Shown: positions 38,297-46,551 of the stretch, piece by piece | Numbering within the stretch: position 1 is the first letter of the stretch | How the letters are laid out: each line of letters opens with the position of its first letter | Source: a virus | Direction: 5' to 3' (one strand) | Length of the DNA: 64,000 bases | Virus record (IMG/VR): IMGVR_UViG_3300035188_001379 | Coordinates: 120,466-184,465 of that record | The notes under the pieces: generated by a model | Seen by the model: the letters and a program-made list of their open reading frames with translations, nothing else | The model's database searches: none | Told to the model about the DNA's origin: nothing | Position numbers and translations under genes: made by a program

Positions 38297-38952
38297 AAAG
38301 AATTAACTTTTTTAGTCTGTGTCGCAGTGGACACCATGCTGTAATCTTTTGGCTAATTAATAATCTTGGAGGCTGTGAAGAAGAAGTATATTTGCAAAAA
38401 TACAGTAATCCTTCCTCAGGGTTATTGTACTACAACAATATAGGTGTGTATAATCCCACTTTTCCAGAAAACTACACATGGCTCATTACGAACACAGAAG
38501 ATCGAGAATTTGTCTCGGGTGAGGACAACATCGTAATTGTTAGAGATTTTTACAACCTGCTAGCTAGCAGGTATAAAAAGTACGGAGCACTGCTAGGGTT
38601 GCGAGAAAAAGATTATATTACAAATTTGCAGGAGCTCATAGGCTCATGGAAGCAACATGCAAAAACTTTTCTAGACTTCCCTACCAAAGGAATTTCATAC
38701 AACGCTTGGCTTAAGAGCAAAACTTACAGAGACAGTGTTGCTGCTAGATTCAGTGTACCCAACGAGATTGACGCTATTGATTACGTACCAAATATGGGAG
38801 GAGGCAGCAGTTTTGTAGGGGTACAAAAAGAAAAAGACATAGAGAGCTATCTTCACAGGTATAAACAAATAGAGCTACCTGAGAGTATAGCTACAGAAGT
38901 AAACAGAGATGCGGAGCTTGCCAGCTTAAACACCAAATTGTTCTTTGCCTAG
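38293..38952 (+). CDS. Sulfotransferase-like protein
   Basis: FSLCRSGHHAV 5'-PSB-like loop; IVIVRDFYNLLAS 3'-PB-like motif. Confidence 0.55.
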   Translation: MKRINFFSLCRSGHHAVIFWLINNLGGCEEEVYLQKYSNPSSGLLYYNNIGVYNPTFPENYTWLITNTEDREFVSGEDNIVIVRDFYNLLASRYKKYGALLGLREKDYITNLQELIGSWKQHAKTFLDFPTKGISYNAWLKSKTYRDSVAARFSVPNEIDAIDYVPNMGGGSSFVGVQKEKDIESYLHRYKQIELPESIATEVNRDAELASLNTKLFFA

Positions 38953-38979
38953 CATACGTAAGGTTATATAAAACCAGCT

Positions 38980-39891
38980 ATGTCGACTGAAGATAAATAT
39001 GTGTGGTGCCGTCCTATGGGAGGACTTAACGATAATCTTTGCCAAATAGCGTATTGTGTAGCCTATTGCGAGAGTTATCATAGAACATTAGTTTTAAATG
39101 ATATATGGGGAAGGTTGTTTGACTGGTCGTTGGGCCTGAAATTGGTTGAACCTCAGAATATCCGGATCATTAAAAAAACGCCTGACCTTTTTGAAAAGTT
39201 TAAAACATTAAGCTGTTTCCCTAAAGAGTTAGAGTTTAGCAATTTTGATTACAAAGCGAATACGTGTCTTATAACTAGAAAAATCTGCATTCAAGACACA
39301 GCTACACCTTTATGCTTTGATTTATCAAAAAAATACGACGAGACTTTGCTGGTACATCAACAGTGCGGAGGAGGCGTGGAGTCGAGAAAAGCTCTGCAAT
39401 ATTTTCAAGTGAATGAAAACATTGCGGAACAAGTTCAAAGCTTGAGAAAACTTTACGGAGACTATACGGCAGTACATATAAGAAACACAGACTATATTTC
39501 CGATTATGTTGAGCTTTTACAGCAAGTTAATAGCGAAGACGACGCTGAAAAAATTTTAATTTGCTCAGATGACCATGATGTAAAAAAAGCCGCACAAGAA
39601 ATATTAAAAGATAAGTACGTCTCTGTTGTAGATATGCCTCTGCTGGCTGCTAAAGGAGTAGGTTTGCATCATAATTCAAAAAATACTCCAGAGTTTATAG
39701 TTAAGTCAGCGCTGCTAGAGCTATGCATGCTTGCGTACGGCAAAAAGCTTGTTAAGTGCCCGATCAAAGGCTACTATAACGAAAGCTCTATAGGAAACAC
39801 TGTTAAGCATTCCGGATTTTCTAACCTAGCGGCGTATTTACACAGCAACAAAACTGAGCTTCAGCGATTCGCTAGACAAAACGACGAATAA
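38980..39891 (+). CDS. O-fucosyltransferase-like (NodZ/GT23-like) protein
   Basis: MGGLNDNL; YTAVHIRNTDY; ILICSDD. Confidence 0.7.
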   Translation: MSTEDKYVWCRPMGGLNDNLCQIAYCVAYCESYHRTLVLNDIWGRLFDWSLGLKLVEPQNIRIIKKTPDLFEKFKTLSCFPKELEFSNFDYKANTCLITRKICIQDTATPLCFDLSKKYDETLLVHQQCGGGVESRKALQYFQVNENIAEQVQSLRKLYGDYTAVHIRNTDYISDYVELLQQVNSEDDAEKILICSDDHDVKKAAQEILKDKYVSVVDMPLLAAKGVGLHHNSKNTPEFIVKSALLELCMLAYGKKLVKCPIKGYYNESSIGNTVKHSGFSNLAAYLHSNKTELQRFARQNDE

Positions 39892-39893
39892 CT

Positions 39894-40562
39894 ATGTACA
39901 ACGTATCTTCATCATGTCAAGTAAAGCAACTTGCCGCTATCTACGAAAAGTACTTTAAAGACTTAACAAGCGGAGTCTTCGTAGAGGTTGGTGCGTACGA
40001 TGGAGAGTCTTTTTCAAACACGTCATGCCTAGCTGACCTCGGATGGAAAGGTGTCTACGTAGAGCCTGTTAAGAGTTTTTATGAGAAGTGTAAAAAAAGA
40101 CACGAAAACAACAACGTGACAGTTTTAAACTACAGTGTAGGTACAGAAGAAAAGGAAGTTAAGCTGTATGTAGTTGGCCCCATAACCACGACAAAGGCCT
40201 CACAGTTACAAATGTACAAAGATGTAGACTGGCTTAAAAACAGGACTGAAAATGAAGAAAAATGTACGCAAACTACACTAGAGAAAATACTCACAGCCAA
40301 TAAAATTCAACCTAACTTTGAATTGCTGGTAGTGGACGTTGAGGGAAGCGAAGTAGACGTTTTTAATTCATTCTCACTAAAACACTGGAGACCTAAAATG
40401 CTGATTGTTGAGCTGGAAGACTTGCATCCCACATTTGCAAAATTCGTAGAACATAGAGAACAGCATAAAGCTTTACGAACTAAAATTACAAACGAAGGCT
40501 ACACTGAAGTTTACAGAGACTCTATAAATACCATTTTTGTCGATAAAAAGCACTATGACTGA
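39894..40562 (+). CDS. FkbM-family methyltransferase
   Basis: FVEVGAYDG; VYVEP; LLVVDVEGSE. Confidence 0.85.
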   Translation: MYNVSSSCQVKQLAAIYEKYFKDLTSGVFVEVGAYDGESFSNTSCLADLGWKGVYVEPVKSFYEKCKKRHENNNVTVLNYSVGTEEKEVKLYVVGPITTTKASQLQMYKDVDWLKNRTENEEKCTQTTLEKILTANKIQPNFELLVVDVEGSEVDVFNSFSLKHWRPKMLIVELEDLHPTFAKFVEHREQHKALRTKITNEGYTEVYRDSINTIFVDKKHYD

Positions 40563-41217
40563 GATCGAGTTAATTTCAAAACTTTTGCCTGAAAACAAAG
40601 AGACACGCCTCGTCTTTTTTGACGTAGGGGCTAACTCTTTTTCTTTTGGTTTATACGCTAAGCAGATTTACCCAAACGCAACTGTCTACGGGTTCGAGGC
40701 TGACACTGCTGTTTTTAAATCCACCGCCAGGAATAGGCAAATAAATGAATCCTATGAATTACACTACCTCAACAAAGCTGTAGCTGATGTAAATGGTGTG
40801 GCTAAATTTTACCCAAGCCTTAGTTATTCTGGCAAAGAGCACCGCTCAAGTGGTTCGCTATGTGAACCTGTTATAGATAGCGCTACAAACAAAATGCTTA
40901 GAGGCTATACTTCGTTAGAGTTTGACCCTGAGGGCTACGAGGTACCTACGGTTAGGCTTGATACTTTCTGTAGCGACAAAAAAATAAACCAGATTGATTA
41001 CCTGCATATCGATGTACAAGGAGCCGAAGATAAAGTAATTCGCGGGCTTGGAAAATTACGTCCTACGTACATATACGCAGAAACAAACTTGTTTGGAGAG
41101 GCTCTATACAAAACAACAACCACACTTAGTAAATTTGATGAGTTACTAGAGGATTATGGATATCAGATTTTTGATAGGACGCACTCAGATACGATGTACC
41201 TTCGAACCAAAAGCTAG
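40555..41217 (+). CDS. FkbM-family methyltransferase (second)
   Basis: FFDVGAN; VYGFEAD; YLHIDVQGAE. Confidence 0.85.
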   Translation: MTEIELISKLLPENKETRLVFFDVGANSFSFGLYAKQIYPNATVYGFEADTAVFKSTARNRQINESYELHYLNKAVADVNGVAKFYPSLSYSGKEHRSSGSLCEPVIDSATNKMLRGYTSLEFDPEGYEVPTVRLDTFCSDKKINQIDYLHIDVQGAEDKVIRGLGKLRPTYIYAETNLFGEALYKTTTTLSKFDELLEDYGYQIFDRTHSDTMYLRTKS

Positions 41218-41316
41218 CATATCAAAGATTCTTTATAATGCTGTTGCGCTGCCGCTAAGTTTTGTGTAGCTTGATGAGGCCTAATAAAAGGCAGCAACCA
41301 TAACCTACACAAACAC

Positions 41317-41550
41317 ATGACAGTACTACCTACTCCCACAATTCCCGGCTACACTCAAAAGTATCTTAGCGTCACGCCTCCTGCAGGCTTGGTGGTGCTT
41401 GATAAGCCTAAGCGTGTTCTTCCTCCTGCCGCAACAGAAGGCACAGGACTCCCACCATCAACGATTACTCCATACTCAGGAATCTATGACAGCGAAGGAA
41501 AGCTGCCTAAAGTCCCAGGAGACGGGACCACGTTCATTGCGCGAGTGTAA
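41317..41550 (+). CDS. Small Pro/Thr-rich hypothetical protein
   Basis: 77 aa, C/A-rich leader, followed by a terminator. Confidence 0.55.
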   Translation: MTVLPTPTIPGYTQKYLSVTPPAGLVVLDKPKRVLPPAATEGTGLPPSTITPYSGIYDSEGKLPKVPGDGTTFIARV

Positions 41551-41575
41551 AGCCTAACAGCTAAAAAATAGACTG

Positions 41576-41612
41576 CTCGGTACTGGGTTAGCTCCTGGTA
41601 CCGAGTTTTTTT
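41576..41612 (+). terminator. Intrinsic terminator
   Basis: CTCGGTAC...GTACCGAG stem + T7. Confidence 0.7.
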
Positions 41613-41674
41613 GTATAATTAGCAGGCTAGAAATTCTTATAGCTAACCCGGCTAATTTAAGTTAAAATATAACC

Positions 41675-42097
41675 ATGCATAGGAAATATACACGTGAAGG
41701 GCTTTTTTCCAATATAGGGGCTGCCGCTAGCTATGGTAATGAGTATTATTTTGCTACTGACACAGGACAGTACTACTACTCGAACGGGACAGCCTGGAAT
41801 ATTACAACATTTGAAGATGCAAGAAGCGTCAAAAGCCATTCTGGGCTAATTCAAACTGCTAACGTAGCACAGCTTGTAATGCCTGCGGATCCTAGCAGGA
41901 GATGGTTGTTTATGCAGAATCATTCTAGTACAAACATGTATGTGGGTCTTGGTTTTCGTCCCACAACCACCACAGGTATTCTTATACATAAAGATGGTGG
42001 TAGTTTATCTTTGGATACTTTCGTACCTACAGACGCAGTTTATATCGTTGCAGGCAGCGCAGGGAGCGGCACTACATTCATTGCGCTAGAAGGCTAG
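41675..42097 (+). CDS. Small beta-rich structural-type protein
   Basis: YFATDTGQYYYSNGTAW; RRWLFMQNHSSTNMYVGLG. Confidence 0.6.
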   Translation: MHRKYTREGLFSNIGAAASYGNEYYFATDTGQYYYSNGTAWNITTFEDARSVKSHSGLIQTANVAQLVMPADPSRRWLFMQNHSSTNMYVGLGFRPTTTTGILIHKDGGSLSLDTFVPTDAVYIVAGSAGSGTTFIALEG

Positions 42098-42098
42098 T

Positions 42099-42368
42099 AT
42101 GCTAGGTTCAATCTACAGCTTTGTTAAGCTGGCCAAGTCAACGCAGCTTAAAAGACTCATCGAGGCTAAAGAGCGTTCCGACAAAAACGATTACGCTAGC
42201 AAAAATCGAATACTAGGAGAGCTGCTCAATACTCATCCTAGACAATTCAAGATTGATTCTGTTTTGAATCAAAAGTATGTAGGGCTTACACATAAACCTA
42301 CAGGGTTCCGGATACATGCCCCAAGAAAGCTGATACCGGAGGGTATAGAGAACGCTGTGCAAAAATAA
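42099..42368 (+). CDS. Hypothetical protein with FVKLA leader
   Basis: MLGSIYSFVKLAKS. Confidence 0.6.
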   Translation: MLGSIYSFVKLAKSTQLKRLIEAKERSDKNDYASKNRILGELLNTHPRQFKIDSVLNQKYVGLTHKPTGFRIHAPRKLIPEGIENAVQK

Positions 42369-42372
42369 GCCT

Positions 42373-42795
42373 ATGATTGCTCCACGCAAAGCCTCGGAAG
42401 TATACAGAGACATACTTGGAGGAAAAGCACAGAAGTGGGCATCAATATTTTCAGAAATCTGGGAGTTTATAGAGGCAGTCTCTAAGTTGGATGCTGAGGA
42501 GATGCGTCTTGAGGGTCAGCAAGTACTATACGCGCTGCAGATGCAGCTCTATCAAATCATAGAAATAGACTTCTACCTGCAGTCTTGTGAGGACGCTGTG
42601 GAAGGGTTCTATGCCAGGAGAGCTGTATGGCTTGAGATATTTGACGAGTACAAAACGCCTTTTAAAAACGAGTATCTCGAGTACGGAAGTAACTATAAAA
42701 GAATACACAAGATCAAAAAAGCGCTGGAGCTTGCAGGTGTGCATATAACTACAAAACAGGCTATAAACACGTATCTAAAGCATCTGGATAAATAG
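42373..42795 (+). CDS. Hypothetical helical protein
   Basis: 140-aa ORF in operon. Confidence 0.6.
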   Translation: MIAPRKASEVYRDILGGKAQKWASIFSEIWEFIEAVSKLDAEEMRLEGQQVLYALQMQLYQIIEIDFYLQSCEDAVEGFYARRAVWLEIFDEYKTPFKNEYLEYGSNYKRIHKIKKALELAGVHITTKQAINTYLKHLDK

Positions 42796-42819
42796 GCTAG
42801 GCTAGCATATAATCAAACC

Positions 42820-43578
42820 ATGGCTAAACCCAAAACAACCAAACCAGACACTAGTCCAAAAGTGTACCAGAGAGAAAAGATTGATTTTGACCTACACATT
42901 CGTGAGCTTCCTTGGACTGAGAAGCAGCAAGCTTTAATAGAGCTCGGGTCAGATAAAGACACTCGTATAATTTTTCTTTCTGGTCCTGCAGGATCTAGCA
43001 AAACGCTAACTGCAGTCAGAATTGGACTTGAAATGCTCAATAAACGCAGAGCATCTGATCTTGTGTTTGTGCGTGCTGCTGTAGAATCAGCGGACTCTAA
43101 GCTGGGTTTTTTGCCTGGAGATATTAACGGCAAATATGAGCCTTACATGGGACCGTTTGAAGATAAGCTCGAGGAGTTGTTGCCTGCTGGAGAAGTCAAA
43201 AGACTTAAGGGAGAGAATAGGGTGATTTACCAGCCTATTAACTTTGTAAGAGGAGCTAGCTGGACAGCTAGGTTTGTTATCGTGGACGAATGTCAGAATC
43301 TTACAATCAACGAGATTCAAACACTGATGACTAGGCTCGGAAAGTTCACAAAGATGATTTTATGTGCAGACAGTGCGCAGTCAGACTTACCCAAGATCAA
43401 GCAAGGAGGCTTCGAGAAGTGTGCCTATATGTTTAACACTGTAGAAGCCCAACGATTCGGCATCTATAGCGTCGCATTCAATAACGACGACATTATGAGA
43501 AGCGAGCTTTGCAAGTTTATCGTGAAGACGTTTGAAGAAAACCCAAGCGTACTGGCTTCAGCTCAGCATACTAAATAA
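42820..43578 (+). CDS. phoH: PhoH-family ATPase
   Basis: GPAGSSKT, LGFLPGD, FVRGASW, IVDECQN, DIMRSELCK. Confidence 0.92.
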   Translation: MAKPKTTKPDTSPKVYQREKIDFDLHIRELPWTEKQQALIELGSDKDTRIIFLSGPAGSSKTLTAVRIGLEMLNKRRASDLVFVRAAVESADSKLGFLPGDINGKYEPYMGPFEDKLEELLPAGEVKRLKGENRVIYQPINFVRGASWTARFVIVDECQNLTINEIQTLMTRLGKFTKMILCADSAQSDLPKIKQGGFEKCAYMFNTVEAQRFGIYSVAFNNDDIMRSELCKFIVKTFEENPSVLASAQHTK

Positions 43579-43581
43579 GAG

Positions 43582-44709
43582 TTATTTTGTAATAACAGAG
43601 TTGTTCTTGCCTGCAAGCTTTCTACGAAGATACTGCGCTTCTTCAGAAAGGTCTGCTATAGGCATTTCTGAAACCATGTCTTTGGCTACGTCATCCTGAA
43701 CTGCAGGTTCTGGAGCTGTGTATATGCTGGGTGCAGGAGCAGGCTCTGGAACAGGAGGTATCACCGCAATCACAGGCTCAGTGCTAGCAGGCTCTTCTAG
43801 TTTATCGACAATCACCTTCTCTATAGGCGGCTCAAAAGCAATAGGAGCAGGGACCTTAACAGGTTCTTTACTTTCTTGAATTACTATGCTGCGGCTCTCA
43901 GGCTGTATTGGAGTTAGCTCTCTTAAGGAAGACTCGAACTGCTCCTCCTCTTCTTTTTTACTCGCAGCTCTATGTTCTATGAGTTTATTCCAGGCAAGCA
44001 CAAGAGCAACAGCTAAGGGGTCGAATACGGCAATTAGAGCGAATATAAAGTATTGTACTGATGTGTCTACGTCAGTACCTATGGCGTCTGCAATAAACTT
44101 AAAAGAGCCTACATCTGTAGTGGTATTCAACGAAATCTTCAACTCACTGATTTCTTTATCTAGCTCTGTGGCTCTTTGTCTGTCCTGGGCAACCTCTGTC
44201 TCTTTTTTGTGTATCTCTTCGTTGGCTTCAGCGATTGATTTGTAGGCTTGCTCTCTAGGAGCCTTAAGGTTTCCTGCAGCTTGTATACGCTGTTCTTGTG
44301 TTTGCCTCAAATCTACAAGTGTTTTAATTCTGTCTGTGCGTTCAAGTATGCTTTGATCTACTCCTTGTTTTTCAAGCGTCAAAGAGGCAATCTTTGTATC
44401 GAAGGTGTTCACTTTACTTGAATGCACCTGATATGCGCCTGTAAGAAAGCCGAATATTCCCAGGCTAGTGATACACATGAGAACAAGCACAGCCGAACTC
44501 AAGTAGAGCTTAAGAAGAAAGTTAATTCTTCTCCAATAGGTGTGTAAAAAAGAAGCAGCTACTAGCTTACCTAGTTCAAGGCTGCTAGCCATAATACCTA
44601 TAGCCAGAGAGCTACCGGAGAAGAGCGTGATCAGCCCTTTAATACTAAAGAAAGCAGCGCAGCTGGCTACGAATATTGCAGAAAAAGCGACAAGGGTTAT
44701 GAAAAGCAT
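43582..44709 (-). CDS. Multi-pass membrane protein with long coiled coil and Pro-rich tail
   Basis: Several N-terminal hydrophobic helices, heptad region, further TM segment FIFALIAVFDPLAVALVLAW. Confidence 0.7.
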   Translation of the reverse strand: MLFITLVAFSAIFVASCAAFFSIKGLITLFSGSSLAIGIMASSLELGKLVAASFLHTYWRRINFLLKLYLSSAVLVLMCITSLGIFGFLTGAYQVHSSKVNTFDTKIASLTLEKQGVDQSILERTDRIKTLVDLRQTQEQRIQAAGNLKAPREQAYKSIAEANEEIHKKETEVAQDRQRATELDKEISELKISLNTTTDVGSFKFIADAIGTDVDTSVQYFIFALIAVFDPLAVALVLAWNKLIEHRAASKKEEEEQFESSLRELTPIQPESRSIVIQESKEPVKVPAPIAFEPPIEKVIVDKLEEPASTEPVIAVIPPVPEPAPAPSIYTAPEPAVQDDVAKDMVSEMPIADLSEEAQYLRRKLAGKNNSVITK

Positions 44710-44759
44710 ATATATTATATTATACGCTTTTCGAAGCCTAATTCACACAGAAAAGATTT

Positions 44760-45311
44760 CTACAAACTGTCAAAATACCTAGCAAGGACGTGCAGGAAAT
44801 CGCTAAGTCTGTTGATGTACTTGAACAGTAAAGGTCTAAGACTCTCTTCAGTAGAGAGTGTCAGTGTATCTTCGTACTCTTTAACTAAAAGAAGAGATCT
44901 TTCAGCTCTTCGGCACACCTTAGCAGCAAAGTCGCAGTTTGCTCCTATGATACTGTTACCGTACAGCACCCAGTCTTTTTGTTTTGTTCTTGGGTCTTTT
45001 TCAAGTGAAGCCAGCTCATCTTCAAGCCTAATTAAATCGTAGTCATCAAGACTGTTAAACTTGGTGTAGTATTCTTTTCTTTTTTCTGGCTCAGCTACCA
45101 CCTCACCCATAAGTAAAGTGAGAGACTTCTGAATGTGTTGAATGGTTGACGCGTAAATTGAAGATGACATGTGCGCTCGAGCTGAACCCATAGCAGCGTT
45201 CAGCTCGTCTATATCTCCTACACTAGTTATATGCGGGGAAGTTTTACTTACTCTAGATCCATACAGTCTACCTGTAGTTCCACTGTCTCCTGTTTTTGTA
45301 GCAATACTCAT
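44760..45311 (-). CDS. pduO: PduO-type ATP:cob(I)alamin adenosyltransferase
   Basis: IATKTGDSG, GDIDELNA, VCRRAER, YINRLSDFLHVLARY. Confidence 0.88.
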   Translation of the reverse strand: MSIATKTGDSGTTGRLYGSRVSKTSPHITSVGDIDELNAAMGSARAHMSSSIYASTIQHIQKSLTLLMGEVVAEPEKRKEYYTKFNSLDDYDLIRLEDELASLEKDPRTKQKDWVLYGNSIIGANCDFAAKVCRRAERSLLLVKEYEDTLTLSTEESLRPLLFKYINRLSDFLHVLARYFDSL

Positions 45312-45376
45312 TTAATTAATTTAGCTAGTCTATCAAAAATGTCAATTATACAGGCGTACATAAACAATGTGTTTTT

Positions 45377-45394
45377 TTGGTATAATATATTGAT
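45377..45394 (+). promoter_or_regulatory. Extended -10 promoter, leaderless
   Basis: TTGGTATAATATATTGAT; TATAAT lies 6 nt before ATG 45393. Confidence 0.7.
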
Positions 45395-46403
45395 GGAAGC
45401 AAACAGCTATTCCACGATAAAGCCTGTCGTTCAGGCAACCAGCAGAGTTGAATCTGTTTTTACACATGGTGGACCTTTTCACTGTGATGACGTACTGGCC
45501 ACCGCACTCATTAAAGTGTTGTGGGGAGACGCCAAGATCGTCAGAACCCGAGACCAAGCCTTGCTTGCGGAAGCTAAGGAAAATCCTCATGCGGTACTGG
45601 CTGATGTAGGTGGGGAGTTTGACTCTTCCTCGAGGGTCTTTGACCATCACTTCGTCGACTCTCCAAAAAGAGATGACGGAACACCGTACGCGGCTGCAGG
45701 ATTGGTTTGGGTCAACCTTGTTGGAGAGCTGCTGCAGCAAAGCACTACTGCTGAACAGATCGCGGTGCTCGAAGAGGTGATCAAGGCCACTGACAGCACC
45801 GACAACGGTGTAAAGGTAGGGCCTTGGTGGACACTCTCATTGAGTGTACACAAGTCAAATCCTGTGAACGGCGAGCCTAAAACTTTCGACGAAAGGTTTG
45901 CGGGGGTTGTACTGATCGTTAAGAAGGCGATCGAGAAAACCCTGCTGTCTGAAATTATTTCAATAAATCAATTTCAGAATTTCGTCGAAGAGCATCCGAT
46001 GATGCTCAAATGGGTAGGAGAGCATGAGCTGACCATTCAGGAAAGTTCCGTCAGGTTGCGAGAGGCTTTGAGGCTTGAAGAAGGGAACGTTCTTGTGCTT
46101 CCGCAGTACGAGCCAGCAATGCATGACGTTCTTTGGGAAGCTCCAGAGAATGTCTTGTTTGTTGTGTTTCCCTCGCCAAGCGGAGAGTTCATGGTGCAGC
46201 AGATTCCTGCAGGGAAAGGCTCATTCGCAGGCAGGAAGAAACTTCCTTCGAGCTGGGCAGGCAAAAGAGGCACGGACCTTGATGAGGTGGCCGGAGTAGA
46301 GGGTGCCGTCTTTTGTCATCCTGCAAGATTTATTGCAGGACACAAAACAGTTGAGGGAGCCAAGCAATTGGCTCTTTTGGCTGTGAGTGAACCTCCCGAG
46401 TAA
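45393..46403 (+). CDS. MYG1-family (UPF0160) nuclease-like protein
   Basis: THGGPFHCDD, IVRTRD, DVGGEFD, FDHH, FCHPARFI. Start placed at ATG 45393 behind the promoter. Confidence 0.85.
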   Translation: MEANSYSTIKPVVQATSRVESVFTHGGPFHCDDVLATALIKVLWGDAKIVRTRDQALLAEAKENPHAVLADVGGEFDSSSRVFDHHFVDSPKRDDGTPYAAAGLVWVNLVGELLQQSTTAEQIAVLEEVIKATDSTDNGVKVGPWWTLSLSVHKSNPVNGEPKTFDERFAGVVLIVKKAIEKTLLSEIISINQFQNFVEEHPMMLKWVGEHELTIQESSVRLREALRLEEGNVLVLPQYEPAMHDVLWEAPENVLFVVFPSPSGEFMVQQIPAGKGSFAGRKKLPSSWAGKRGTDLDEVAGVEGAVFCHPARFIAGHKTVEGAKQLALLAVSEPPE

Positions 46404-46464
46404 TCCCCCCATCTCACACATCCTTCGTCAGGGCAAGTGTGTGAGTAGCGTAGAATAACGACGG

Positions 46465-46522
46465 AAAAAGAGAGTAGCTGAGAGGGTTGGTCGCCTCTCA
46501 AGTCTACTCTCTTTTTTTAGCT
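46465..46522. terminator. Bidirectional terminator between convergent genes, ending T7-AGCT on plus strand
   Basis: AAAAAGAGAGTAG...CTACTCTCTTTTT stem. Confidence 0.78.
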
Positions 46523-46551
46523 ATCAGCTATTCCCGCCAGATTCGACGGGT

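Noticed and set aside
45231-45392. N-terminal extension of the MYG1-like ORF given in the track
   Set aside because: Overlaps the divergent pduO start and spans the promoter; ATG 45393 fits better.
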